The notes below the pieces were generated by a model. It was given only the letters and a program-made list of their open reading frames with translations, did no database searches and was not told the origin of the DNA. Made by a program: the position numbers and the translations under genes. Source: Macrostomum lignano (lineage: Eukaryota). Taken from it: a stretch of 64,000 bases of DNA. The first letter of the stretch is position 1; each line of letters opens with the position of its first letter. The stretch is from assembly GCA_002269645.1 (NCBI GenBank), contig NIVC01003453.1:32899-96898 (forward strand). Direction: 5' to 3'. Positions 28,805-54,489 of this stretch are shown in pieces.

Positions 28805-30543
28805 AAGAGACTGAAAGTAGATTGAAAAGAGACTGAAAGCAGATTGATAAGAGACTGAAAGCAGAGTGAAAAGAGACTGAAAGCAGAGTGAAAAGAGACT
28901 GAAAGCAGAGAGAAAAGAGACTGAAAGCAGATTGATAAGAGACTGAAAGCAGAGTGAAAAGAGACTGAAAGCAGAGGAAAAAGAGACTGGAAGCAGAGTG
29001 AAAAGAGACTAAAAGCAGAGGGAAAAGAGACTGAAAGCAGAGTGAAAAGATACTAAAAGCAGAGGAAAAAGAGACTGGAAGCAGAGTGAAAAGAGACTAA
29101 AAGCAGAGGGAAAAGAGACTGAAAGCAGAGTGAAAAGAGACTGGAAGCAGAGTGAAAAGAGACTAAAAGCAGAGGGAAAAGAGACTGGAAGCAGAGTGAA
29201 AAGAGACTAAAAGCAGAGTGAAAAGAGACTGAAAGCAGAGGAAAAAGAGACTGGAAGCAGAGTGAAAAGAGACTGGAAGCAGAGTGAAAAGAGACTAAAA
29301 GCAGAGGGAAAAGAGACTGGAAGCAGAGTGAAAAGAGACTAAAAGCAGAGTGAAAAGAGACTGAAAGCAGAGGAAAAAGAGACTGGAAGCAGAGTGAAAA
29401 GAGACTGAAAGCAGAGGAAAAAGAGACTGAAAGCAGATTGATAAGAGACTAAAAGCAGAGTGAAAAGAGACTGAAAGCAGAGGAAAAAGAGACTGGAAGC
29501 AGAGTGAAAAGAGACTAAAAGCAGAGGGAAAAGAGACTGAAAGCAGAGTGAAAAGAGACTGGAAGCAGAGTGAAAAGAGACTAAAAGCAGAGTGAAAAGA
29601 GACTGGAAGCAGAGGGAAAAGAGACTGGAAGCAGAGTGAAAAGAGACTAAAAGCAGAGGGAAAAGAGACTGAAAGCAGAGGGAAAAGAGACTGGAAGCAG
29701 AGTGAAAAGAGACTAAAAGCAGAGTGAAAAGAGACTGGAAGCAGAGGGAAAAGAGACTGGAAGCAGAGTGAAAAGAGACTAAAAGCAGAGGGAAAAGAGA
29801 CTGGAAGCAGAGTGAAAAGAGACTAAAAGCAGAGGGAAAAGAGACTGGAAGCAGAGTGAAAAGAGACTAAAAGCAGAGTGAAAAGAGACTGGAAGCAGAG
29901 TGAAAAGAGACTGGAAGCAGAGGGAAAAGAGAATGGAAGCAGAGTGAAAAGAGACTAAAAGCAGAGGAAAAAGAGACTGGAAGCAGGGGGAAAAGAGACT
30001 GGAAGCAGGGGGAAAAGAGACTGGAAGCAGGGGGAAAAGAGACTGGAAGCAGAGTGAAAAGAGACTAAAAGCAGAGGAAAAAGAGACTGGAAGCAGAGGG
30101 AAAAGAGACTGGAAGCAGAGTGAAAAGAGACTGGAAGCAGAGTGAAAAGAGACTGGAAGCAGAGTGAAAAGAGACTAAAAGCAGAGTGAAAAGAGACTGG
30201 AAGCAGAGTGAAAAGAGACTGGAAGCAGAGGGAAAAGAGACTAAAAGCAGAGTGAAAAGAGACTGGAAGCAGAGTGAAAAGAGACTGGAAGCAGAGGGAA
30301 AAGAGACTGGAAGCAGAGTGAAAAGAGACTAAAAGCAGAGGAAAAAGAGACTGGAAGCAGGGGGAAAAGAGACTGGAAGCAGGGGGAAAAGAGACTGGAA
30401 GCAGGGGGAAAAGAGACTGGAAGCAGAGTGAAAAGAGACTAAAAGCAGAGGGAAAAGAGACTGGAAGCAGAGTGAAAAGAGACTAAAAGCAGAGGAAAAA
30501 GAGACTGGAAGCAGAGGAAAAAGAGACTGGAAGCAGAGTGAAG
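28805..30543. repeat. 22-bp purine-rich minisatellite GTGAAAAGAGACTGGAAGCAGA, ~79 copies
   Basis: Directly visible. Confidence 0.96.
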
Positions 30544-31092
30544 GGAGTTACAATGCGGTGGATCTACAGCAGCCAGTAAACGCAGAAGAAGCAACCAGGG
30601 GAGAATTTCCCTCTCGCAAGGGAGGAGCGCAAAGTCCGGCCTGCCCTGTGCCATTCCATCTCTGACCAACAGAGCAAGGATAACTGGAAGCACTTTCGGA
30701 TCCAGCTGCCGTCGGCACACGGCTGTAGGATGCACGGGTTCGTTCTCTGTCAGGGAGAGGGGGGTTCAGGGCTGCACACAGAATGCCAGAACCAAGCGCA
30801 GCACACATCAGCTGTAGTGTTCCAACACGACTGGCGTTCCGCGTTCCCCCAGCCTCTGCGTGGAGTTTATCGATTCGACGGGGCGAAAAGCGAAAGTTCC
30901 ATCTGTCCTTCGCCTGGCTTGCGGGACCAGGTGGGGTTCTGCTTTAGCCTTTAACCTCCCGTCTTTCCGGTGGGAGAAAGAGAGTGCTGAGCCCCAAGAT
31001 CTGGGACGGAAGCAGCTTGGCAGTTCCTCGACTACCAGATTAAAATTTCCTGAAATTATTCACAGCTGCCAACGGAGCTGATCGGCTTAGCG

Positions 31093-44159
<13,067 letters not shown>

Positions 44160-44514
44160 AGGATCAGACAGTACCTGAGTCTAATTACTGGACTGGGGAT
44201 TCGAACCTAGGACCGTCTTTTAACTTAAAAAACTCTCGAACTTCATTTGAGTGGCTTCTTATTCATGTTTTACAGTAATCTATTTGTTGTTTAGGAATAT
44301 AGACTTATTATATTATTATTATTACTATTGAATTGAGCTGCTAATGCACTTTAATAATAATATTAATTCATCTAGTGCGACTGATCTAGCAGAATTACAC
44401 GCTATTGGCCATAAGTGATTGCGCACCTGCGGCTTTGTTCGACATTCTTGACTGTGGGGTCACGTGACCCTCGTTTATCAGCTGCGTGTTCATGAGACCC
44501 GTGGCTTGCTAGTA

Positions 44515-46405
44515 ATGGGGCAGGGGCGATCGATTATTGGGGTGGGGCAGGGGCAATTACTGGGGTGGAGCAGGGGCAATTACTGGGGTGGGGGAGGGGC
44601 AATTACTGGGGTGGGGCAGGGGCAATTACTGGGATGGGGGAGGGGCAATTACTGGGGTGGGGCAGGGGCGATTACTGGGATGGGGGAGGGGCAATTACTG
44701 GGGTGGGGCAGGGGCGATTACTGGGGTGGGGCAGGGGCAATTACTGGGGTGGGGCAGGGGCGATTACTGGGGTGGGGCAGGGGCAATTACTGGGGTGGGG
44801 CAGGGGCGATTACTGGGGTGGGGCAGGGGCGATTACTGGGGTGGGGCAGGGGCGATTACTGGGGTGGGGCAGGGGCGATTACTGGGGTGGGGCAGGGGCA
44901 ATTACTGGGGTGGGGAGGGGCGATTACTGGGGTGGGGCAGGGGCAATTACTGGGGTGGGGCAGGGGCAATTACTGGGGTGGGGCAGGGGCAATTACTGGG
45001 GTGGGGGAGAGGCAAATACTGGGGTGGGGCAGGGGCAAGTACTGGGGTGGGGCAGGGGCAATTACTGGGGTGGGGCAGGGGCAAATACTGGGGTGGGGCA
45101 GGGGCGATTACTGGGGTGGGGGGAGGGCGATTACTGGGGTGGGGCAGGGGCGATTACTGGGGTGGGGCAGGGGCAATTACTGGGGTGGGGCAGGGGCGAT
45201 TACTGGGGTGGGGCAGGGGCAATTACTGGGGTGGGGCAGGGGCAATTACTGGGGTGGGGCAGGGGCAATTACTGGGGTGGGGGAGAGGCAAATACTGGGG
45301 TGGGGCAGGGGCAAGTACTGGGGTGGGGCAGGGGCAATTACTGGGGTGGGGCAGGGGCAATTACTGGGGTGGGGCAGGGGCAAATACTGGGGTGGGGCAG
45401 GGGCGATTACTGGGGTGGGGCAGGGGCAATTACTGGGGTGGGGCAGGGGCAAATACTGGGGTGGGGCAGGGGCAATTACTGGGGTGGGGCAGGGGCAATT
45501 ACTGGGGTGGGGGAGAGGCAAATACTGGGGTGGGGCAGGGGCAAGTACTGGGGTGGGGCAGGGGCAATTACTGGGGTGGGGCAGGGGCAATTACTGGGGT
45601 GGGGCAGGGGCAAATACTGGGGTGGGGCAGGGGCGATTACTGGGGTGGGGCAGGGGCAATTACTGGGGTGGGGCAGGGGCAATTACTGGGGTGGGGCAGG
45701 GGCAAATACTGGGGTGGGGCAGGGGCAATTACTGGGGTGGGGCAGGGGCAATTACTGGGGTGGGGCAGGGGCAATTACTGGGGTGGGGGAGAGGCAAGTA
45801 CTGGGGTGGGGCAGGGGCAATTACTGGGGTGGGGCAGGGGCAATTACTGGGGTGGGGCAGGGGCAAATACTGGGGTGGGGCAGGGGCGATTACTGGGGTG
45901 GGGCAGGGGCAATTACTGGGGTGGGGCAGGGGCAAATACTGGGGTGGGGCAGGGGCAATTACTGGGGTGGGGCAGGGGCAATTACTGGGGTGGGGGAGAG
46001 GCAAATACTGGGGTGGGGCAGGGGCAAGTACTGGGGTGGGGCAGGGGCAATTACTGGGGTGGGGCAGGGGCAATTACTGGGGTGGGGCAGGGGCAAATAC
46101 TGGGGTGGGGCAGGGGCGATTACTGGGGTGGGGCAGGGGCAAGTACTGGGGTGGGGCAGGGGCAATTACTGGGGTGGGGCAGGGGCAATTACTGGGGTGG
46201 GGCAGGGGCAATTACTGGGGTGGGGCAGGGGCAAATACTGGGGTGGGGCAGGGGCGATTACTGGGGTGGGGCAGGGGCAATTACTGGGGTGGGGCAGGGG
46301 CAAATACTGGGGTGGGGCAGGGGCGATTACTGGGGTGGGGCAGGGGCAAGTACTGGGGTGGGGGAGAGGCAAATACTGGGGTGGGGCAGGGGCAATTACT
46401 GGGGT
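44515..46405. repeat. 23-bp G-rich minisatellite GGGGCAGGGGCAATTACTGGGGT, ~82 copies
   Basis: Directly visible. Confidence 0.97.
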
Positions 46406-46939
46406 GGAATGCATGAATGCATGCAGGCTTGCGTTTAAACTGAAATCGAAAGCAGACATAAGCATTGAGAGTAAAGCAAAACTATTTTGTCAATTAGCAA
46501 AGTAAATTATTTATTGAAACTCATTTTTAATTAAAAAAGTTGCGCAAAAGCACTGCAGTTGGGAGCCGAAATGAGCTGAGAACACAACAAGAGAACTGAA
46601 GAATGAGTAGCATCCAATGCTACTATTAGTACTGCATGGAAAATTTTACCAAATTCAATTCCTATATACTCGTATACTACTAAGGGCACCAGTGTAAAGC
46701 TGAAATACAATGCAAAAATCTATAAATTATTACGCATTCAATTAAAATATTACATACTATCAATGCTTTATTATGTTTGCATCTCAAGTACAGCTAAGAC
46801 GCATTGAAAGCTCAAATGTACTCAAGAAATGAGTACGATATCGTGCTTAGAATATTATTTAGGAATAGGAATAGCTACATGTATACTAGTTTGTACTTGT
46901 AAGGAGAAACATTGAGATGGGACTCTTAGACACGTAGGA

Positions 46940-47575
46940 GATGGTTTGAGACCCACTCCCTAGGAGATACTGGTTCGAGACCCACTCCCTAGGAGATACA
47001 GGTTCGAGACTCACTCCCTAGGAGATACAGGTTCGAGACTCACTCCCTAGGAGATACAGGTTCGAGACTCACTCCCTAGGAGATACAGGTTCGAGACTCA
47101 CTCCCTCGGAGATACTGGTTTGAGACCCACTCCCTAGGAGATACTGGTTCGAGACCCACTCCCTAGGAGATACAGGTTCGAGACTCACTCCCTAGGAGAT
47201 ACAGGTTCGAGACTCACTCCCTAGGAGATACAGGTTCGAGACTCACTCCCTCGGAGATACTGGTTTGAGACCCACTCCCTAGGAGATACTGGTTCGAGAC
47301 CCACTCCCTAGGAGATACTGGTTCGAGACTCACTCCCTAGGAGATACTGGTTCGAGACTCACTCCCTAGGAGATACTGGTTCGAGACCCACTCCCTAGGA
47401 GATACTGGTTCGAGACCCACTCCCTAGGAGATACTGGTTCGAGACCCACTCCCTAGGAGATACTGGTTCGAGACTCACCCCCCCTAGGAGACACTGGTTC
47501 GAGACCCACTCCCTAGGAGACACTGGTTCGAGACTCTCACCCCCCTAGGAGATACTGGTTCGAGACTCTCACCCC
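46940..47575. repeat. 29-bp minisatellite GAGACCCACTCCCTAGGAGATACTGGTTC
   Basis: Directly visible. Confidence 0.95.
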
Positions 47576-47618
47576 AAACGAGAGACTGTTTAAGACCCTC
47601 AGCGCACCCCACCCGCAG

Positions 47619-50600
47619 TCATTCAAAGCTGGTTTGCACAGAATCGTCAGACTCTGACCGCACAGACGAGGCCGCCTCCTGTAGCGATTGACTCTCGTTG
47701 CTAGCATCGCTAGAATCGTCGCCATTGTCGTCGTCGTCGTCAACGATGAAGGAGGATGTTCCGGCTGACCGACCACCGCCAGCTTGTCGTCGGCGCCGGG
47801 CGGCTCGACCTCGGCCAGCAGCTGCGGTACTGCCGGACAGCCTTGACCGGCGATTATGATTATGATTAATATTATTATTATTGCAGCTACGGCTAGCAGC
47901 GGCCGCGGTGGGTCTGCCTGGACGGCGGCTGCTTCGACCGCGGCCGGCGGCGACGTCGGTGACGGACAAGCAGGGTTCGGGGAAGGCGGCGATGGCGGCG
48001 GCGGCGGCGACGGCAGCGGAACGGGGCTGCGAATTTGAAATGAAGGGGGGTCAGTTGACCTTTGATTCCTAAGGGGGTCAGTTGACCCTTGATTCCTAAG
48101 CAAGGGGGTCAGTTGACCCTTGATTTCTAAATATGGGGGTCAGTTTACCCTTGATTCGTAAGTAAGGGGGTCAGTTGACCTTGATTCCTAAATAAGGGGG
48201 TCATTTGACCCTTTATTCCTAAGCAAGGGGGTCAGTTGACCTTGATTCCTAAATAAGGGGGTCATTTGACCCTTTATTCCTAAGCAAGGGGGTCAGTTGA
48301 CCTTGATTCCTAAGTAAGGGAGTCAGTTGACCCTTGATTCCTAAGCAAGGGGGTCAGTTTACCCTTGATTCGTAAGCAAGGGGGTCAGTTGACCCTTGAT
48401 TCGTAAGCAAGGGGGTCAGGGGTCAGTTGACCCTTGATTCCTAAGTAAGGGGGTCAGTTGACCTTGATTCCTAAGCAAGGGGGTCAGTTGACCCTTGATT
48501 CCTAAGCAAGGGGGTCAGTTGACCTTGATTCCTAAGTAAGGGAGTCAGTTGACCCTTGATTCCTAAGCAAGGGGTCAGTTTACCCTTGATTCGTAAGCAA
48601 GGGGGTCAGTTGACCCTTGATTCGTAAGCAAGGGGGTCAGGGGTCAGTTGACCCTTGATTCCTAAGTAAGGGGGTCAGTTGACCTTGATTCCTAAGCAAG
48701 GGGGTCAGTTGACCCTTGATTCCTAAGCAAGGGGGTCAGTTGACCCTTGATTCCTAATCAAGGGGGTCAGTTGAAGGGGGCTGGGCTCCGATTCTTGAGC
48801 AAACATCTCTCGCGCTTCTCACCCGAATCCGTCTCAATCGTTGTCCAACTCCGCTAACGGACTCGAGCCCACGACCTCTGCCTCCGGCTACTCGACTGCC
48901 CGGCCGATCAGTCGCAGCTCGCCGCGGTCGATAATCCAGGTCGCTCTCGTCGTCATTATCATCGGAGTCGTCGGAATCAGCGGTGGCAGTCGTTGTAGTA
49001 CTCGTAGCAGTCGATGACGTCATTGACTCATCCCGCTGCTCATCCTCACCGATCTCGCCGTCAGCCGCATCGCTGACACCGTCAGCAATGGAAGAGGAGC
49101 TGCTGGCTTCTTCAACGGCGAATCGCCGTCTAGAAGCAACTGGGTGCCGTAGCCGTCGTCGCCTTCGCTGCTGCTGCTGGGGGCACCGGGGGCAGTTCCA
49201 CTGGCCGGGCGGCACCGCGGCCAGAGGCGGGTCCAGGCAGTCCAGGTGGTAGGCGGCGTCGCAGGTGTCGCACAGCAGCAGCTCGTCCTCTCGGTCGCCT
49301 TGAGAACAGAGCAGAGATGAGTGCTTTTAGGCTGCATCGCTTTCAGGGACCAGCAAACTAAAACTTCAGGATATACTGATCTAAATGATAAGCCCCGGAA
49401 TCAAATTTTAAACCTTCAGGGTCCAAACTAAATCTTTCAGGATCCAAACTAAATCTTTCAGGATCCAAACTAAATCTTTCAGGATCCAAACTAAATCCTT
49501 CAGGATCCAAACTAAATCTTTTAGGATTTGAACTAAAAAATTCAGGATCCAAACTAAAAAATTCAGGATCCAAACTAAAACCTTAAGGATCTGAACTAAA
49601 ATCTTCAAGATCCAAACTAAATCTTTTAGGATTTGAACTAAAAACTTCAGGATCCAAACTAAATCCTTCAGGATCCAAACTAAATCCTTCAGGATCCAAA
49701 CTAAATCTTTTAGGATTTGAACTAAAAACTTCAGGATCCAAACTAAAACCTACAGGACTGAACTAAAACCTGAAGGATCTGAACAAAAATCTTCAGGATC
49801 CCAACTAAAGCCCGGCTGTCTCACAAGTCTCACCCTGATAGCAGACGGCGCAAATCTCATCAATAGTTGGAAAGTCATCGGAAGCGTCCAGCAGAGACTG
49901 CAGCTGCTGCTGCCGCTGCTCAGGCTGCGGAGCCGCAATCCGCTCGACGGTGGCCCCGGGGCCGAACCGGCTCGCCACCATCACCGTGGAGAACTCCAGC
50001 CGGTCCAGTGGGCACGTGTTGGCTGTTCGACACCATTCGGTCAGGCAGGGCAGGCAGAAGGCGTGCCGGCAGCAGTCGGGCCGGGCCACCCGGCCGCTGA
50101 TTGGCTCGCAGCAGACCGGACAGGAGAAGCTCGGGTGCTCGGCGAAGTCGATCCGGTCGACAATGCGACCGCCTGGACGACGACGCAGAGTGACGGAGTC
50201 GAACTGGATGCCGCAGTTGGGCACCGGGCAGGGCAGGGCGGCGGCCGCTGTTGCTGATGAAGTTGATGAGGCTGAGGCGGCGGCTTCATCCGTAACGCGG
50301 CGGCGCTGCTCAGCGTAGGCGAGCAGACAGGCCAGGTGGAATCGGTGCCGCGGGCAGGACTCGGCGAACTCGTACCGGGTGAACTTGGCGTTGCACAGCC
50401 GGCAGTGACGGTCGCCGCACGCAGGCTGCGGGCAGGTACAGGGAGAGGGGGAGAGCCTGAGGATCTAGGAGGCTGGCCCAGCAACTGGGGATCTGGGAGG
50501 CTAGCCCAGCAACTGAGGATCTGGGAGGTGTAGGGCGTAGGCCGTGCGCTGCACTCTCTGCCCCACATTATTGTTCATGACTCATTCTCTCGCCTAAACT

Positions 50601-52067
50601 TGTTTACCAATTCTCGACCAATCGCGCATCGCTGCACCCCACCCCACAATATTGACCAATAAATATATTGAGTAAACAGAGCCATACAGAGGCCACCTTT
50701 TCGGCACGCAAACCCAGACTTCACATGAGGCTGGCCCAGCAACTGGGGATTTTGGAGGCCTGCACAGCAACTGGGGATCTAGGAGGCTGGCCCAGCAACG
50801 GAGGATCTGGGAGACTGGCCCAGCAACTGAGGATTTTGGAGGCCTGCACAGCAACTGGGAATCTGGGAGGCTGGCCCAGCAACTGGGGATCTGGGAGGTT
50901 GGCACAGCAACTGGGGATCTGGGAGGCTGGCCCAGCAACTGGGGATTTGGGAGGCTGGCACAGCAACTGGGGATTTGGGAGGCTGGCACAGCAACTGAGG
51001 ATCTGGGAGGCTGGCGGGAACAAAGCCATCAGACAGGCATCAGCAAGGTGCCTCACCGACTTGCTGCTCGAGTCCTCCACGCCACGGTCCACCGCCTCCG
51101 CATCGGCAGGCGCGGTCGTGAGAACAGCGGCGGCAGCTCCGGCAGCAGCGGAGTCGTCAGCGTCTTCTGCCGAACTCGAATCCGGCACGGCCGGTCGAAC
51201 GACACGCGGTCGTCGAGTAACCGGCGGCGAAGTCGAAGAGGTTGACGATGATGACGAGGAAGCTGAGAAAGCGGCGACGCGTTTCCGACCGGCTCGAACG
51301 GGAGCGCCGATCGGGCTGGACGAGGAGGAGGAGTTGTCAGTGTCGAGATTTTCAACGGCCCTTTCAATTGCCGATCGACAGTCTGGACAGAGCCAGGACG
51401 GCGCCGACGGTGGCTGCTGCTGCCCGCAGCAGTCGGCGTGGAAAGCGGCCTCGCAGTCGGCGCACTGCACCGCCAGCCGATCGGCTACGGGGCGACGGCA
51501 GACGCCGCAGTCGAGCAGCCGACGCCTGCCGCACCGACGGAACAGGTCCGACACGGAGCCTGAGGACATGCCAGGCGCCGCGGCAGGCCGGACGTCAGCA
51601 GCAGACAGTCGCTCTCGCCTCAGCAGGGGTCCGCCAAGCCGGCTGTAGCAAAACAACAGCCGATAGTGCCGCCTGCAGGCCGGACACCTGTCCGACTGCT
51701 CAGACCAGTGCCGCAGGCAGGCCAGACAGAAGGCGTGATCGCAGCACTCCGGCGTGGCAACTTCGCCAGCTGGATATTCGAAACAGACCGAGCAACGATG
51801 CTGCGACGGGTCGAGTTTCAACACCTGATCGCCGCAGTAGGCAATATCCAAGCCGGCTAAGTATTCGTGAAAGCAGATTTCATTGCTGCTGCTGCTATTA
51901 GGAGAGCACTGTCCGGGACAGCTAGTCAGATCAGAGCCGGCAAGGCTGGCAAACAGGCAGGCAGGGTGAAACCAGTGCTGACTGCAGCCGGTCAGGTGGC
52001 ACAGTTCAACCGAGCTGCCGCAGCCGCCGCTGTCGCCTGATTGGCAAATCTGGCACTGACGAGACTG
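47619..52067 (-). CDS. Multi-zinc-finger RING/PHD protein (PHRF1/SCAF11-like modules), at least 4 exons, >=828 aa; start exon not identified
   Basis: Exons 52067-51057, 50425-49834, 49298-48823, 48026-47619, GT-AG, phases consistent. C3HC4-type RINGs [20 protein letters not shown] and [21 protein letters not shown]; PHDs CGVC..CADC..HADC..WLCPDC and [25 protein letters not shown]; two further RING-H2-like fingers. Confidence 0.82.
48045..48775. repeat. 30-31 bp minisatellite GGGGGTCAGTTGACCCTTGATTCCTAAGCAA (RING/PHD last intron)
   Basis: Directly visible; resembles the collagen intron-7 unit. Confidence 0.95.
49355..49805. repeat. 21-bp minisatellite CAGGATCCAAACTAAATCTTT (RING/PHD intron)
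   Basis: Directly visible. Confidence 0.93.
50450..51015. repeat. 28-30 bp minisatellite CTGGGAGGCTGGCCCAGCAACTGGGGAT, split by ~190 bp of unique sequence (RING/PHD intron)
   Basis: Directly visible at ~50450-50530 and ~50725-51015. Confidence 0.9.
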
Positions 52068-52724
52068 CTGCGGGGCAGCGAAAGGTCGGATGAGAGAGGA
52101 GCCTTAAAGCTTGGGGGTTGACTTCTAACGCATGGGTTTGTGCCATAGACGCTAACAAAATCTAGACCGCTGGAATAACCGCGGCTGCACAGCTAGCCTT
52201 GGGACTAAACTTGTCCTTAAGTTAAGAATTGCTTTCCTAATCCCTGCCACAGATTTTAAAATAACTAGATGGGCCACTCAGGCATATATACTTAGTAAAA
52301 CAGCTTTCTACTTTCAGTTCAGAAGCAATGAAGAATACATAAGCTATTTTATAAAAATAAAGGCAGCTGAAATGACTTTGATAAGTTCAGAACCCAAGCT
52401 TGCAGGCGTAAACAACTTGCTCATTGGTTCAGCAGTAATGTACTTTGGCCAGTCCACTGAAATGTACATGGCAGCTTTAGGCTGGAATTCCGAGGAAGGC
52501 AATAAAAACTGGGGCGGGGCGAGAGGGGGGGGGTTAGTGTGGATAGTTTAGTTGGAGGGTTGGAGGGTTTAGGCTGGGGGGTAAGAGCCGATAAATGAGC
52601 TTTAAAAATACATTAAAATATTGTTTAACTTACTACTGAACTGAAAGTAGCTTACACGCAAATGTGATGAGTGGCTTATCTAGTCAGTTATCCTATGTCT
52701 GTAATCCCTCCCGCCTAACAATTA

Positions 52725-54050
52725 TACTCCTGACCAATCAACGCATAGTAGACTCTAATCTACTCCTGACCAATCAGAGCATAGCAGACCCCAATCTACT
52801 CCTGACCAATCAGAGCATAGCAGACCCCAATCTACTCCTGACCAATCAGAGCATAGCAGACCCAAATCTACTCCTGACCAATCAGAGCATAGCAGACCCT
52901 AATCTACTCCTGACCAATCAGAGCATATCAGACCCAAATCTACTCCTGACCAATCAGAGCATAGCAGACCCTAATCTACTCCTGACCAATCAGAGCATAG
53001 TAGACCCTAATCTACTCCTGACCAATCAGAGCATAGCAGACCCTAATCTACTCCTGACCAATCAGAGCATAGCAGACCCAAATCTACTCCTGACCAATCA
53101 GAGCATAGAAGACTCTAATATCTACTCCTGATCAATCAGAGCACAGCAGACTCGAATCTACTCCTGTTCAATCAGAGCACAGCAGACTCTAATCTACTCC
53201 TGACCAATCAGAGCATAGTAGATTCTAATCTACTCCTTACCAATCAGAGCATAGTAGACTCTAATCTACTCCTTACCAATCAGAGCATAGCAGACCCTAA
53301 TCTACTCCTGGTCAATCAGAGCATAGCAGACCCTAATCTACTCCTGATCAATCAGAGCATAGTAGACCCTAATCTACTCCTGACCAATCAGAGCATAGCA
53401 GACCCTAATCTACTCCTGGTCAATCAGAGCATAGCAGACCCTAATCTACTCCTGGTCAATCAGAGCATAGCAGACCCTAATCTACTCCTGATCAATCAGA
53501 GCATAGTAGACCCTAATCTACTCCTGATCAATCAGAGCATAGCAGACCCTAATCTACTCCTGGTCAATCAGAGCATAGCAGACCCTAATCTACTCCTGGT
53601 CAATCAGAGCATAGCAGACCCTAATCTACTCCTGGTCAATCAGAGCATAGCAGACCCTAATCTACTCCTGACCAATCAGAGCATAGAAGACTCTAATATC
53701 TACTCCTGATCAATCAGAGCACAGCAGACTCGAATCTACTCCTTACCAATCAGAGCATAGCAGACCCTAATCTACTCCTGTTCAATCAGAGCACAGCAGA
53801 CTCTAATCTACTCCTGACCAATCAGAGCATAGTAGACTCTAATCTACTCCTGACCAATCAGAGCATAGTAGACTCTAATCTACTCCTGACCAATCAGAGC
53901 ATAGCAGACCCTAATCTACTCCTGACCAATCAGAGCATAGCAGACCCTAATCTACTCCTGACCAATCAGAGCATAGTAGACTCTAATCTACTCCTGACCA
54001 ATCAGAGCATAGCAGACCCTAATCTACTCCTGACCAATCAGAGCATTGCT
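52725..54050. repeat. 36-bp minisatellite GACCAATCAGAGCATAGCAGACCCTAATCTACTCCT, ~36 copies
   Basis: Directly visible. Confidence 0.96.
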
Positions 54051-54489
54051 GATCCCAGACTTCTCAATCTATTATAAAAGAAAGCCTTGCAAAAAACAAA
54101 AGTTAAATAATGATGGGTTGAAGAGTTTATTTTGCAGTTAGCTTTCAAAGAAAAATATTCTAGCAGACAGGCGAGATTTAAGAGGCAGAAAATCTGCAAT
54201 ATACTCACATAAGTCTATCTAAAGCTGAGAAAGTTGAAGGGTAAAACAAGATAGAGCTAACAGCTATTAAAAAATTAAAATTGTTTTTTGAAGCTGCTAA
54301 TATTTTTACAAAGGTAAACAAAAAGTGACGCAGCTAGCTTGAATACTGTTTATAAAGTGAGTTCTAAGATCTGGTTATGTATTTCTTTGCAATTTGAGTG
54401 GACTTTATCCGATAGTTTTTTAATTACTTGATTAATAAGAATTGACCAACAAATGGATGTGAATTTTAGTGGGGTGGTGGAGAGCTCGG

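Noticed and set aside
52068-52660. Candidate ATG start exons for the RING/PHD gene
   Set aside because: Nearby minus-strand ATGs either hit stops quickly or lack a convincing phase-0 donor; left unresolved.
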